Below, piece after piece: positions 1 to 12,300 of a stretch of DNA of 64,000 nucleotides. The translations under genes were made by a program, and so were the position numbers. Where the stretch lies: assembly GCF_028641065.1 (NCBI RefSeq), contig NC_073402.1, positions 28,396,001 to 28,460,000 of the forward strand, given 5' to 3'. The notes beneath the pieces were generated by a model. It did not search any database. It saw only the letters and a program-made list of their open reading frames with translations, and was not told the origin of the DNA. The stretch is from Leucoraja erinacea (taxonomy: Eukaryota). Each line of letters starts with the position of its first letter. Within the stretch, counting starts at the first letter, position 1.

Positions 1-390
1 CCTTTAGAGTGTCTTGTTATGTACAGTATGCTGCTGTGAAGTAGTGGAAGCATCTTGCATTAAATTCTAAAGCTGCCCTGTCACATCATCCTATGTCACT
101 AGCATGCCCATTAAAAATAATTAAAAAGTATTCCACAAAGGTAAAACATTGGATACACCTAGTCGAATAAAGAATCAAAGTGCCCAAACAGATTTCTTGA
201 TGGGCTTTAATTCACCTGGAAATGACAGTAGAGTAATCTAATCCCAGGCACGCGTGTCATATTATGCACACAAACAAGTCAACTCCAACAGATGCAATTT
301 CTGGCTATAAATTTTGTTTGAACAATGTGCATTTAATATGACAACTAGATGACATGTTATTACACAAGTTTCATGCTTAATTTATTTTAC

Positions 391-3300
391 CTGGCTTTGT
401 TGATTTGTTAGACCATTCATCAGAGCATCATTAGCACCAGCATATATTCCAACTGCACCCCCTTCATTTTGCATTGAAGTGCGCAAAGCTAGAGCAGATC
501 CCCCAGGTAAAGACTGTAAAAAAAGACATCCAAGCTAAGCTTCATTGGTCTATGAGGTTTGAATAAATATATGATTTACATTTTCAATGAACTTCAAATT
601 CAATTAATTCCAACAGTGCTGGGTATTCTTTCTCACGGCATCCATGGCAAATGATTGACCATTTTTCTTTCCCTTATTCGTAATCACCCACCCTATTCAA
701 TATCTCCACTCTTTATAATAAAAGGTGTTGAGTAGTAAAGATAGGTTCTGCATACACAAACATTCCTATGACACACCCTTGATAATAAAAATTACATTCT
801 AATTTGCTTTGGAAATTGATCAAACCCATACTGGATGTACACAATCGTTATTGCGCATTAAAACAAATTAGGAGCAATGCTCCTTAGCTCATACAAAGAT
901 CCTGCAATGTCAAAGTGGGATTGTCAATTTCATTCATGCATTCATGTCCCCTCCCTACGCGTTTGCATTTTACTTTTCCAGTTAGAAACTTTACCAAAAC
1001 CAATGTATGGGCCAAATACAATTAAATAGCTGACAATTATGGTGCAATATGATTTCTCACTTTGTTGCAGATGTAAACATTAGGTATCTAATGACAGAAG
1101 GCCCAGAGTTTCTCAAATATTTTAGTACTCACCTGTGGTTTGTTTAGCAACAAGTGTGCCTGCACCACTTCTAGCATGTGTGATGTTAATTCATTCATGT
1201 CTTCCAAAGGCATTATCTTAAAAGCTACCAAGCTCTTATTGTTCTACAAAGTATAATTGCAATGATCAGAAATCTGTTCATACAGCATCTTAAAATATTT
1301 AGAAAATACCAAATATCACAGTACAAAACTAAATTACAATAAACGTGCTCTATTTTTACAAATAGGACAATTAAGTTTATATACCACCGGGTGGCGCCAG
1401 CAAAAACTGCCTCGCTATTAGTCTGTCTGTCCCTTCCTTCTTTTGTCGTAATGTTTGTATGTGTTAAATGTATGTTTTTAGTGGTCTTTAGCTTGTTTTA
1501 TGTGGGAGGTTGGGGAGTCGGGGAAACTTTTTCTAATCTCTTACCTCGACAGAGATGCGATTTTAATCTCCGTCCGCACTATGGTCTAACATCGAGGAGT
1601 TGGGAGCCTTTGCTGGAGACTGACGAGAGCTCCACCGCGGACATACCATCACGGAGCTCGCGATCCCTATTGGGATCGCTTTGGTACTCCACCGAGGGTG
1701 CCTCGCGGTCTCTGGTCAGAAACTGACTTCGGGAACTCCAAGCCGCAGGAGCTTAGACCGTCCCGACACAGGGGCTTCGACCACCCCGACTGCAGATGGT
1801 TCGACTGCCCTGTCCGCGGGAGAAAAAAAGAGGAAGAAGATTGCCTTCCATCACATTGAATAATGTGGAATCCACTCTGGTGGATGTTTATGTTAACTTT
1901 TATGTAGTTGTGTGTCTTGGTGCTTTTTTTTTAGTATGGCTGTATGGTAGATCGAATTTCACTGTACCTTAATTGGTACTTGTGACAATAAACTGACCAT
2001 GAATTTACAGTGAGAGTACATAGAAACATAGAAAATAGGTGGAAGAGGCCATTCAGCCCTTTGAGCCAGAACCGCCATTCATTGTGATCACGGCTGATCG
2101 TCCCCAATCAATAACCCATGCATGCCTTCTTCCCATATCCCTTGATTCCACCAGCCCCTAGAGCTCTATCTAACTCAAGAAAAAGGACCTTGAATAATTT
2201 ACCTATATCGCTCTAACTCAAGAAAAAGGACCTTGAATAATTTACCTATATCAATCCCATTGGCCATTTACTCAGCCTTCTCTGCCATTTCAAGAGTTCA
2301 TCCAAATACTTAAATGCTACAACAGTACCTGCCTCACGATCCACACAGGTACTTTGTTCAAAATATCAACCACCCCTGACGTGAAAAATAATTGCTTAAA
2401 TCACGATTTGTCTCAAGTCTTCACACTCTAGTTAGAGGCATCTCTGCAAGATGAAATGTTCCTGGTCCCAATGTCTAATTACCCTAGATTCCTTTGCTGA
2501 TACCTTTAGCAGTAGTCAGTCAAAAGGGACCCAGGCAAAAGTCTCGCTGAAGTTCATTCAGACTATATTAATCTCACTGTCCTTCCTTATCAATTCTATA
2601 ATCTCTGGGTATATCCAATCCTATTGGTCAGACAGGGTCTCCTCTTAGAGGCATGCTGACCATCCTTGATTATTTCCTACTTTTCTAAGATAAATCAAGT
2701 CCCTCAATTTTTTACCCAATCATTGTGCTACCATGTCAGTCTCCGTTTATCCCTACTGCCCATCTTGAATAAAATAAAAGTACATCTGCTGCCCTCCACC
2801 AGTTATCAAACGGCTTGTGTAGAGAAGATGTATGAATTTCTATCAGAGCTTCAGGAACCCCTCCCCCTCCTTGCCTCCCATAGCAGCATGGATACCTCAA
2901 AGATTTTATCGAATGACAGTAACCTTCCAGAATGAATAGAGGAATTTGTTTGTAGACTGCAGAAAAGGGACCGACAGTCAGAATTAACATTATTCAAATC
3001 CTGTCTCCATCAGGCAGTCTAGTTCTCTTCTCAATTGAATATGAAATGTGTCCTCCATTCAGAAATAGGCAAAACACCTGATCACATTCAAGCTAAACAT
3101 AATTCTGCAAATAAAATGTCCTGTTTTTCACCATATAACTGTTAACCATTGCTATGCAGATTTTGAACATAATTGCTTTTATAGCTGGGCATTTAAACTA
3201 AACATTAATCAATAATAATAACAAACAAGTTACAAAAACTGACCTAGTTTGATACATCAATAGGACAAAAAAATGACCTGTATCACCTGGAATGATCGGA

Positions 3301-6300
3301 GATGGCCAGCTACTTTTACGTAGGTGCCTGGAGGAACCACAATATTCTCACTTCCAGCTTCCTGCATTAAAACAAACATCAGTGAAAAACAAAGTGAAGC
3401 AGAATATTTTCAAGCAGGCAAGAACAAATATAAACATGAAATAATGGCAATTATAGAGTTTGGAAAAGGGAAAGAAAGTTTATATATTATATCAGTGGTT
3501 AGATGTACCTTGTTATTCAGTCATAGGAATAAAGTTATCATGATTTGGCAGAAATCTAAACATATTAAAAAATGTTTTAGCTTCCAAGTTCTTTAGTTTA
3601 GTTTAGAGGTGCAGTGTAGAAACAGGCATTTCAGCCCACCAAGTCTATGCTGACCTGCGATCATCCATACACTTGTTCTATCCTACACGCTAGAAGCCGA
3701 TTAACCAACAAACCTGCACGGCTTAGGAATGTGGGAGGAAACTGGAGCACTTGGAGAAATCCTACACGGTCACAGGGAGAATATACAAACTTCATACGAC
3801 AGCACCCGTAATCAGGATCGAACCCAGGTCTCTAATGCTGTAAGACAGTAACTCTAACGCTGCGCCACTGTGCCGCCAAAAAAACATTAGGATCTGGAAA
3901 ACCATTCTTCAAATGGCTATACAAAAAAGCTGGAGAAACTCAGCGGGTGCAGCAGCATCTATGGAGCGAAGGAAATAGGCAACGTTTCGGGCCGAAACCC
4001 TTCTTCAGTCTGAGAAGGGTTTCGGCCCGAAACGTTGCCTATTTCCTTCGCTCCATAGATGCTGCTGCACCCGCTGAGTTTCTCCAGCTTTTTTGTGTAA
4101 CCTTCGATTCTCCAGCATCTGCAGTTCCTTCTTAAACACTTCAAATGGCTATGATGGGTGGGTTGCCGTTTGCCAGTTTCACTCAAGTCTTTCAAAATGT
4201 AACTTGAGAATCATCTATCAATGACATCTTTACCAACAATAATAACCATCATGTCAATCAGCCCATGTCCATATTGGTTCGCAGTAGAGATCGCATATCA
4301 TAACAATTCCATTTGTTCACGTTCTGCCCAAGGCCTCACAAATGAGTTCCCCACATATACCCATTCAATTCCCTTTTTAAAAGTGACCGTTTCCACCACA
4401 CGCAGATTACAAATACTCACGTTTAAAAGTTCCCCTTACATCCCTATATCACTTCAAATGTATCATTGACTCGTGAATTGTCAAAGAGAAAAGCTTCTAT
4501 GTACTCCTAAACATTATGATCTTGTACACCACATCAAATTCTTCAACTACTTGTTTTTCACCAACAACGACAAGGTATTCCAATTCATCATTGTATCCAA
4601 AATTCTTCATCCCTGGAATAATTCTAATAAATCTTTCTTGCATACTTCCTAGATTATTCACAATCTGTCCAAAGTATATTGACAATAACTGGAACAATAT
4701 TCTCATCATGGCTTATCCTGTGTATTACAAATGTTCAAAACTTCCCAACTTTTGATCTTTGCTGCTGCATCATTATCTCAGGAAACTAGAGATCTGTTCT
4801 TAGTCTTTTTCTTTCTCGTCAGGAAAGTCATTCAAAAACATAGGTTCACATGCGCACTGATATCTGCCTCACCACTACTCAACATTTCCCATGCCACGGA
4901 CACCCCAACATCACATCAATGGCCAATATTGCAAACCTGAACCATGGGTCCCTCCAAAAACTCAAGTCAATTCAACTCTTATTAGCAACCCTTTCATCGT
5001 CGTGACTATCCCTTGAGGTTGAGGATGACAGTCTACGTTCTGTTGTTTTTATGGACTCTCAGGTGGCTTATGAGTCCAATCCTGGCTTTGAAAGTTCATC
5101 GACATTCAGCACAGCTAATTCCAGATGGCAGATTGGGCTTTGGTTGTTGCTGCCTCTCTTTCCGTTTTCTTCTCTTTTCTTCTAATTCTGCGCATCTCTT
5201 GGCTTCAAAGGTCACAGTTCCTTCTTGGATTTTACACTTCTTGTGTAGGAAGGAACTGCGGATGCTGGTTTAAACCGAAGATACACACAAAATGCTGAAG
5301 TAACTCAGCGGGACAGGCAGCATCTCTGGAGGGAAGGAATGGGTGATGTTTCGGGTCGAGCCCCATCTTCAGAGTGAAGAAGTGTCTCGACCCGAAATGT
5401 AACCCATTCCTTCTCTCGCTGAGTTACTCCAGCATTTTGCGTTTATCTTCACTTTACACTTCTTTGCCCACGATATCATCTTCTAAATGTCCCATTAACC
5501 CATCTCACTGGCAAACCTGACCTCAGCCTATCACATATTCCATTTGTTTGATCAATCCCTTCCATCACCTTTGCTTCAATTTAAAACAACATTTTTTTGT
5601 TCCTTCCCAGTTTTGATAAAAATCTTCTGATCTAAAACATTAACTTTCCAAGAATACTGCCTAATCTGTTGGGCGTTAACTTTGTTTTATATTACCTTTA
5701 CCTGGGGGTTCCTGATTTTTAACTCCCAATGGTGGCCCAGACAGTTTACAACATGGATATTCTAACTCGCCTGAACTCCACATCTGCTGTTTTTCCAACA
5801 GTGCACACTTCTGTCTCAACTGCATCTCAGCTCGCCTGCATCTCAGCTCGCCTGCTGCTGAAATTTTCACTCCTTTTATCTCGATGGCAAGGCACTTTCC
5901 AGACTTTTATAAACCATTAATTTGAACTTCATTCAAAAATGTACAACTTAACCTGCTTAGCATCTGGTCCACACTTCAAATTTGAAAACACAGATTCTAA
6001 AAGCTTGCCAATGTCTTGCCCTACTTACTATGCAACCTCCACCATGCAACCCTTGGGTCTGTGCTCCTCTAAATTTTGCTCAGTCATATCTTCATCCATT
6101 GAATTATTAAGCACTGTAATTCCACTCGTGTTTTTGCTCCTCTGAGATGCACTTTAAAATCCATCCCTTTGAAAAATGCTACGTTCAAAATCTAAGCTAA
6201 ATATCATACTTTTGTTTCATTGTATCTTGAAAGACCGCCAAATGGTTTTTCTTCACTTTAGGTTCCACAAATGAAAATGTGCATGGGTATATGTTAGAAT

Positions 6301-9300
6301 AAGTTTACTTATTATACTTATTGTCATATATAACTTGAATTACATAAATGGATCTAGAAAATAAAATTTCTAGTTGAAACTACGAGAGGCATATTAATGC
6401 AATCACAAAGAAAGCCTACCAAAGCATCTGCTTCCTCAAAAGTTTGATAATCGATAGATAGATAGATAGATAGATCCTTTATTGTCATTCAGACCTTACG
6501 GTCTGAACGAAACTATGTTGCCTGCAGTCATACACAGAATCAATAATAACAAAACATACAATAAACACCAATTAAACATCCACCACAGTGAGTTCACCAA
6601 GCACATCCTCACTGTGATGGAGGCAAAGTCTTAGTTTCCATCTCTTCCCTCCTTGTTCTCCCTCTGCGCTGAGGCGGTCGATCCAGGCCGGAGATGCCGC
6701 TCTCCAGTCCAGCGGACCTCCGTGGTGATGTCGCCGCTGCCGAAAGCCGGAACGCAGTCTCCGCTCCGAGATGGCCCGCCACAGCATCAGCTCCGGGCCG
6801 CCGCCCCAGCTCCAGGTCGATGCCCCAGCTCCAGGTCGCCGCCCCAGCTCCAGATCCTGCAGTCTCCGCACCGGGCCGCTGCCCCAGCTCCAGGCCGATG
6901 CCCCAGCTCAAGGTCGCTGCCCCAGCTCCGGGTCCTGCAGTCTCCGCTCTGGGCCGCTGCCCCAGCTCCAGGCCGATGCCCCAGCTCCAGGTCGCTGCCC
7001 CAGCTCCGGGTCCTGCAGTCTCCGCTCTGGGCCGCTGCCCCAGCTCCAGGCCGCCGCGCCAGCTTCTGGTCCCGCAGTCGCTGCTCCAGGTCCCGCCGTC
7101 TCCGCTCCGGGCCGCTGCCCCAGCTCCGGGCCCCGCTGCATCAGCCCCAGGCCGCCGCCGAAAGCCAGAACGCCGCACCAGCAAGTCGGGCCACCGCTGC
7201 TCAGCCCCGAAGACGGCCAGCCTCTCGTTGGTAAGTCCTGGCTGGCTCTGCCTCCGGAGCCTCGGGGTCGGTCGCAGGCTGGAGGCCGCCAGCTCCGCCA
7301 TTAGGCCTCAGCGCAGACGGAGGCAGAGAAGGGGGATACGACATGAAAAAGTCGCATTCCCCCGAAGGAAGAGACAGAGAACATGTTCCACCCCCTCTAA
7401 CACAACCCAACAAACTAAAACTTAACCAAAACAAGACAAAAAAAACAACAGAAAAAAGTAAAGACAGACGGACTGCAGGCGAGCCGCAGCTGTTAACAGC
7501 GCCGCCACACCCAGAGGAATCCCACGCTGCTACATGGAGCCGAGGTCAGGATCAAACTCGTGCCTCTAGCATTGTAAGGTAGCAACTCTAACGTGACAAA
7601 ACCGGCGTCCGAGTTATTGTGTATTTTGTGTCCTTTACTGCTACTAGTGTAATGTATGTTTATTGACTTTTTTTCCAATAGTACTTTACATATTAACCCC
7701 CTTATTCGATTATAGTGGACAATCTTCTCCCCTCCACGAATGGCTAATAACGGACATCATCTCCCCACCCCATGTGGTGCATTATAGCGAAGGCTTACTG
7801 GATACATTAAGCATGACTTACATCAGTATCCACCCACTGTCTCACATCCATAGCAGGTGCTGTCATATCATCCAACTTGTACAGGATATTTGTTGGGGCC
7901 TTTTCTGAGTCTTTGATCACACCAACCACGGTTACCTGCAAATTGCAGATAGAATATAAATAAAATTAGAAACATCTGCAAATCCTTAGGTCAGAAAGCA
8001 GATGTGGAGAGAACCTGCAAAGTATTTCCAGTATATTTGTTTTTTACTTCACATTTCATATTGCTTCTAGAAGTGTTCCAGTGGATTGGAGTAGCAAATG
8101 TTACCCCATCATCTCAGAGAAAGGTGAGAAACCTATGATCTGCTCATCGGGAAAATGCTGGAATCTAGTATGAAAGATGTAATAACTGAGCACCTTGAAA
8201 AGACTAATAAGATTGTGCAGACAGCATGAAGTTAAGAAAGAAAAATCATTTTGACAAATCCACAGAATTTTTGAGGATGTGACTAGCAGAAAGGTTAACA
8301 GGGAACCAGAGGATTTGGTTTATTTGATTTTCAGATAACTTTTGATAAGGTTCAACAAAGGCAGTTGGTTACAAACTTAAAGCATGTGGAGATGAGAGTA
8401 ACATGCGGATATGGATTGAAAACTGGTTAAAAAATGAGAAAATCTTCCTCAGCTTCACAGGCTGTGACCAGTGGGATACTATAGGAATTGAAGTTTTGGT
8501 CATTGCTGCTCGTAATCTATGAAAATAATTTGGACGAGAAGCCCAAATGTCACATTTGTAACTTTGCAACAGATTCAAAACTGGATTAGATTGCGAGTAG
8601 GGAGGGGAGTGTGTGTAAGCTTAAGGATTGTAGACAAACTGAGTAAGTGGGTTCAGTGTGGAAAAATGATAGAGAGAGATTTTGTATGTTTCTAGATTTG
8701 TTTCATTTCTCTTAAATTATGGGGTGACATTTATTTGCTTCTCAAATCCACAGAATCGATATAATTTTAGAAGATGATTTCTAGTATTTACTATTTCAAA
8801 ACTCTGGGACATTGAGATTTATCTTTATTCTTTTAATATTATGTACTTTTATAAAATAAGATAATGATCTCAAATAATTTTCAGGTGCAGGTCCACCAAC
8901 GAATCTCATTCCCCCCCCCCCAAATCTGGACAAAATCCCAGAAGTCCCTCCGAAAATGTGGCCAGGTGAGGCGGTCAATTTCGACCTCATCAGGACTTCC
9001 ATGCAAATGGAAGGACTTCCAGCAGTCAAATTTACCCCCTGCGGCCAGGCCTCTGGAATTCTGGCCTGGACGAAACGGGCAAATCGGTTATCATAGCCGA
9101 CTTCCGCAGCCAATCGGCAGGTCGAATTTGCCATCTGCGGCAGGGGCTCTGCAACCCCTGATCGGCCGGAGCCGACAAATCCGTTCCCATAGCCGACCTC
9201 GGTCACAAATTTGCAGGCAGTATTCCCCCCCCCCCCCCCCCCCTCCCCAGGCCGTGACTTCTGTTGCTACAGCAAAATAGATAATCTAGAAAGGCTCTGG

Positions 9301-12300
9301 AACGAAGGGTGCTGGAAAATCGGTGGTGGACCTGTATTTCAAAGCAACTGTTACTGCAAAGATTATGTATACTCACAAACTGAACGACATTCGAATAGTA
9401 CTCTACGGATATCAAATCAGAGTATATTTAATTAAAGTTAAAGTTCTCATTCACCTGCGATAACTCCACTTCTCCAATTCTGAAAATATCCTCTGTTTGT
9501 ATAGCCGACATCAGCTGTGACACGGTACATGGAACAATTTGCTGGGTCCGGGATCTCTATTAGAGTGAAAATAAAGTTAATGCTACAAGGTCTTGGCTCA
9601 TCAGATCCATTATAACATTTTTTTTAGAGAAGGTAATCACGTTAAAAGATTACTATTCACAAACAGTTGTCCACGTAAAAGATGATGAATTTGGTGGGCA
9701 ATAAGTGTGGAGGAATCCTTCGGCTGTCCGAACAAGGGTCCCAACCCGAGATCTGACCATTACTTACTCAGATGCTGCTTCACCCACCAAATTCCTCTAG
9801 CAATTTGTTTTGCTTAAATTTCCAGCACCAGCATGAACCATTTTTGATGCACAATATGTAAATGTAATAATTAAAACTGTGCATGCGCAGTTTAAGATTT
9901 TTTTTAAAGCCGACTGACTGCCTATGCTGAGTAATTACTGTTGTAAACCAAAGTTAATGCAGCACCTATGGCTGCCATTTAAACGAGAATTTCCATATTT
10001 TTAAAAAGTGCACCTTTTGATGAACTTACATTTTTTTTGTCACTCTGGCTACCTCCAGCCTGAGAACCAAATCCTCCAGGCGATTGCATGTATCCTCCTC
10101 CTCCTCCAGCACCATCTCCAGAATTTCCATAACCACCATCAAAAGTACCTAGTAAAACAGTTTTAGAAATCAGCCACAAAAGTAAAATAAAAGCCATCTC
10201 CTTATCTCCTTATTTTTCTTTCCAAAGAGAAATGTTATCCCCCCCAGATGATACTATCTCTGGGAAAGGCCAGTATATAAACCCTATCTCTAATTTTCCT
10301 GGAAGAGTAGCTGGCACTCCATAATGCTTCCAGGAAGAGTTCCAGGAAGTGGAGCCAGCAACAAAGAAATTATAATGTATTTTCATGCAAGGATGATGTG
10401 GAACTGGGAGGGAGGTGGTGACATTCCAACATCCTTGTCCTTGGTGGAGACTTTACTAGTTTTAGAGATGCTGTCAAGGCAACCTGGAAGTTTAATCACA
10501 GAGCATTTTATAGATGGTATACACTGCAGCCACTGTGCCCAGTGGCAGGTACGAGATGCTAATTAAGTGGACAACCTTCTTCTGCAAGATGTTGAACTAT
10601 TTGAGTGACACCTGTAATGTTTGAGACCACGCAAGGCCCTGTTGTGACTAGCACAAGCAAAAGGAGAACACGTCCGACATCTTGTAAGTATGATTTATTC
10701 TGGCCCACCCAGGGACACTGCTCCAAGGTCACCTGCTCTCGATCACGAGGCAAAGCCCTTTATATTAAAGGGGCACAGGCATTTACATATTCATCACATC
10801 TCCCCCTTTACTTTAATTACAATTCTCCCCCTTCCCTTAAATTACCTTACATCCCCCCCCTTCAACGTTGGTCAAAATTAATAACTTGAACCTTAATGAA
10901 TTTAATGTGGATAAAGTACCACAAATAACACAGTGCTCGTCATACTACAAAACTATTAAAAAAATTGCCCAACAATTTTACATAACAAGTCGAGTTGGGG
11001 GTTTTGACAATCGCCCACTTCTCGTGCAAGTCGTCTTTCCAACTCGTTCTGTGTCATATTTCTGTTCTGTGCGAGTGTGGCTTGGCTCGCTTTGAGCCGA
11101 TTCCCCCACCACAGACCCTTGTGGTGCGGCCTGTGATAGTTCGCTTGAGTTTGGGAGACTAGCTCCTCCTGGGTGAGGGGTTCCTCCTTGTGGGAGAGTG
11201 TTCGCACTTGTCTGCTGCGTGCTGTCAGGGCATGGCTCAGCTGCTTCGTGCGCAGGTCGTATGTCCTTCCTGTTCCTGCGGAACTCTGTACCGCTCGGTG
11301 TAGAGATGACGTAGCTCCGAGGGGACAGGTTTTCTCTTGCAATACGGCCACGTTGCCACTCAGTTGGTTTGGCATGAAACCATACCTGTTGTTGTTGTTC
11401 CAGGCGCGGCAGCGGCTCGACGCTTGCCTTCGCATTGAAGTATGCTGCCTGTTTTTCTTGTCGGATGGCCAGTTGTGGTCCCATGGGAGGGACATGATGA
11501 GGCAGTAAGAGTGATAGAGGCGATGGCAATTTGCTTCTTAACAGTCTACTGTTCAGTAACTGTGAGGGGGCATAGCCGCCTGTCCCATCAAGTGGGGTGT
11601 TGCGGTATTCGAGGATGGCGTACATCGGGTCACGGCCGCTGCGTTTGGCTTTCCTCATGATACCTTTTATAGTTTGCACACAGCGCTCTATCTGCCCGTT
11701 GCTCTGTGGATATATGGGACTTGAGGTGACATGGGCAAATTCCCAGTCATCCTGGAACCTATGAAATTCAGCACAGACAAATTGTCTCGCGTTGTCAGTC
11801 ATCACCAAGTCAGGAATGCCATTCCGGGCAAACATGCCCTTCATCTCACGTATCACCGAATGTGACGTCATGTCTATCAGTTGCGCTATTTCTGGGTACT
11901 TGGAGTAATAGTCCACTACAAGCAAATGGTCAACTCCATCCAGATGGAAGATGTCTACGCCGACCTTAGACCAAGGTCTGCTGGGGATGAAGTGTGGTTG
12001 GAGCGGCTCGCTTGCTTGTGCTTTCCTTGTCGCCTGGCATATCGAGCAATTTCCAACAGTGTCCTCAATCTGTGCGTTCATTCCTGGCCACGCAAATAAA
12101 TTGCGGACTCGTTGTTTCAGTTTCACTACTCCCAGATGTGATTCATTTAGCGCGTTCAGCATCTGCCTCCGCATGCTTTGGGGGACTACGATTCGGTTTT
12201 CCCTCAAGACTAATCCGTCAACTTCAACCAGCTCGTCATGGTATGTATGAAACGGAGTCAAGTCCGAGGGCAGATCATGCCTGTTACTAGGCCAACCCTT

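Noticed and set aside
3800-3877. tRNA gene (A and B boxes)
   Set aside because: It is the tRNA-derived head of a V-SINE and continues into SINE body and tail
3921-4138. Pre-miRNA or DNA-transposon MITE interpretation of the palindromes
   Set aside because: Arms are asymmetric, TSDs are long and variable, and the same sequence occurs non-inverted downstream of PLE GIY-YIG coding remnants
6790-7135. CRISPR-like array
   Set aside because: Monomers are contiguous with no unique spacers, there are no cas genes, and the context is eukaryotic
6572-7434. Overlapping 177-243 aa ORFs in several frames
   Set aside because: By-product of a GC-rich minisatellite with unit lengths divisible by 3 inside a repeat; no domain or splice support
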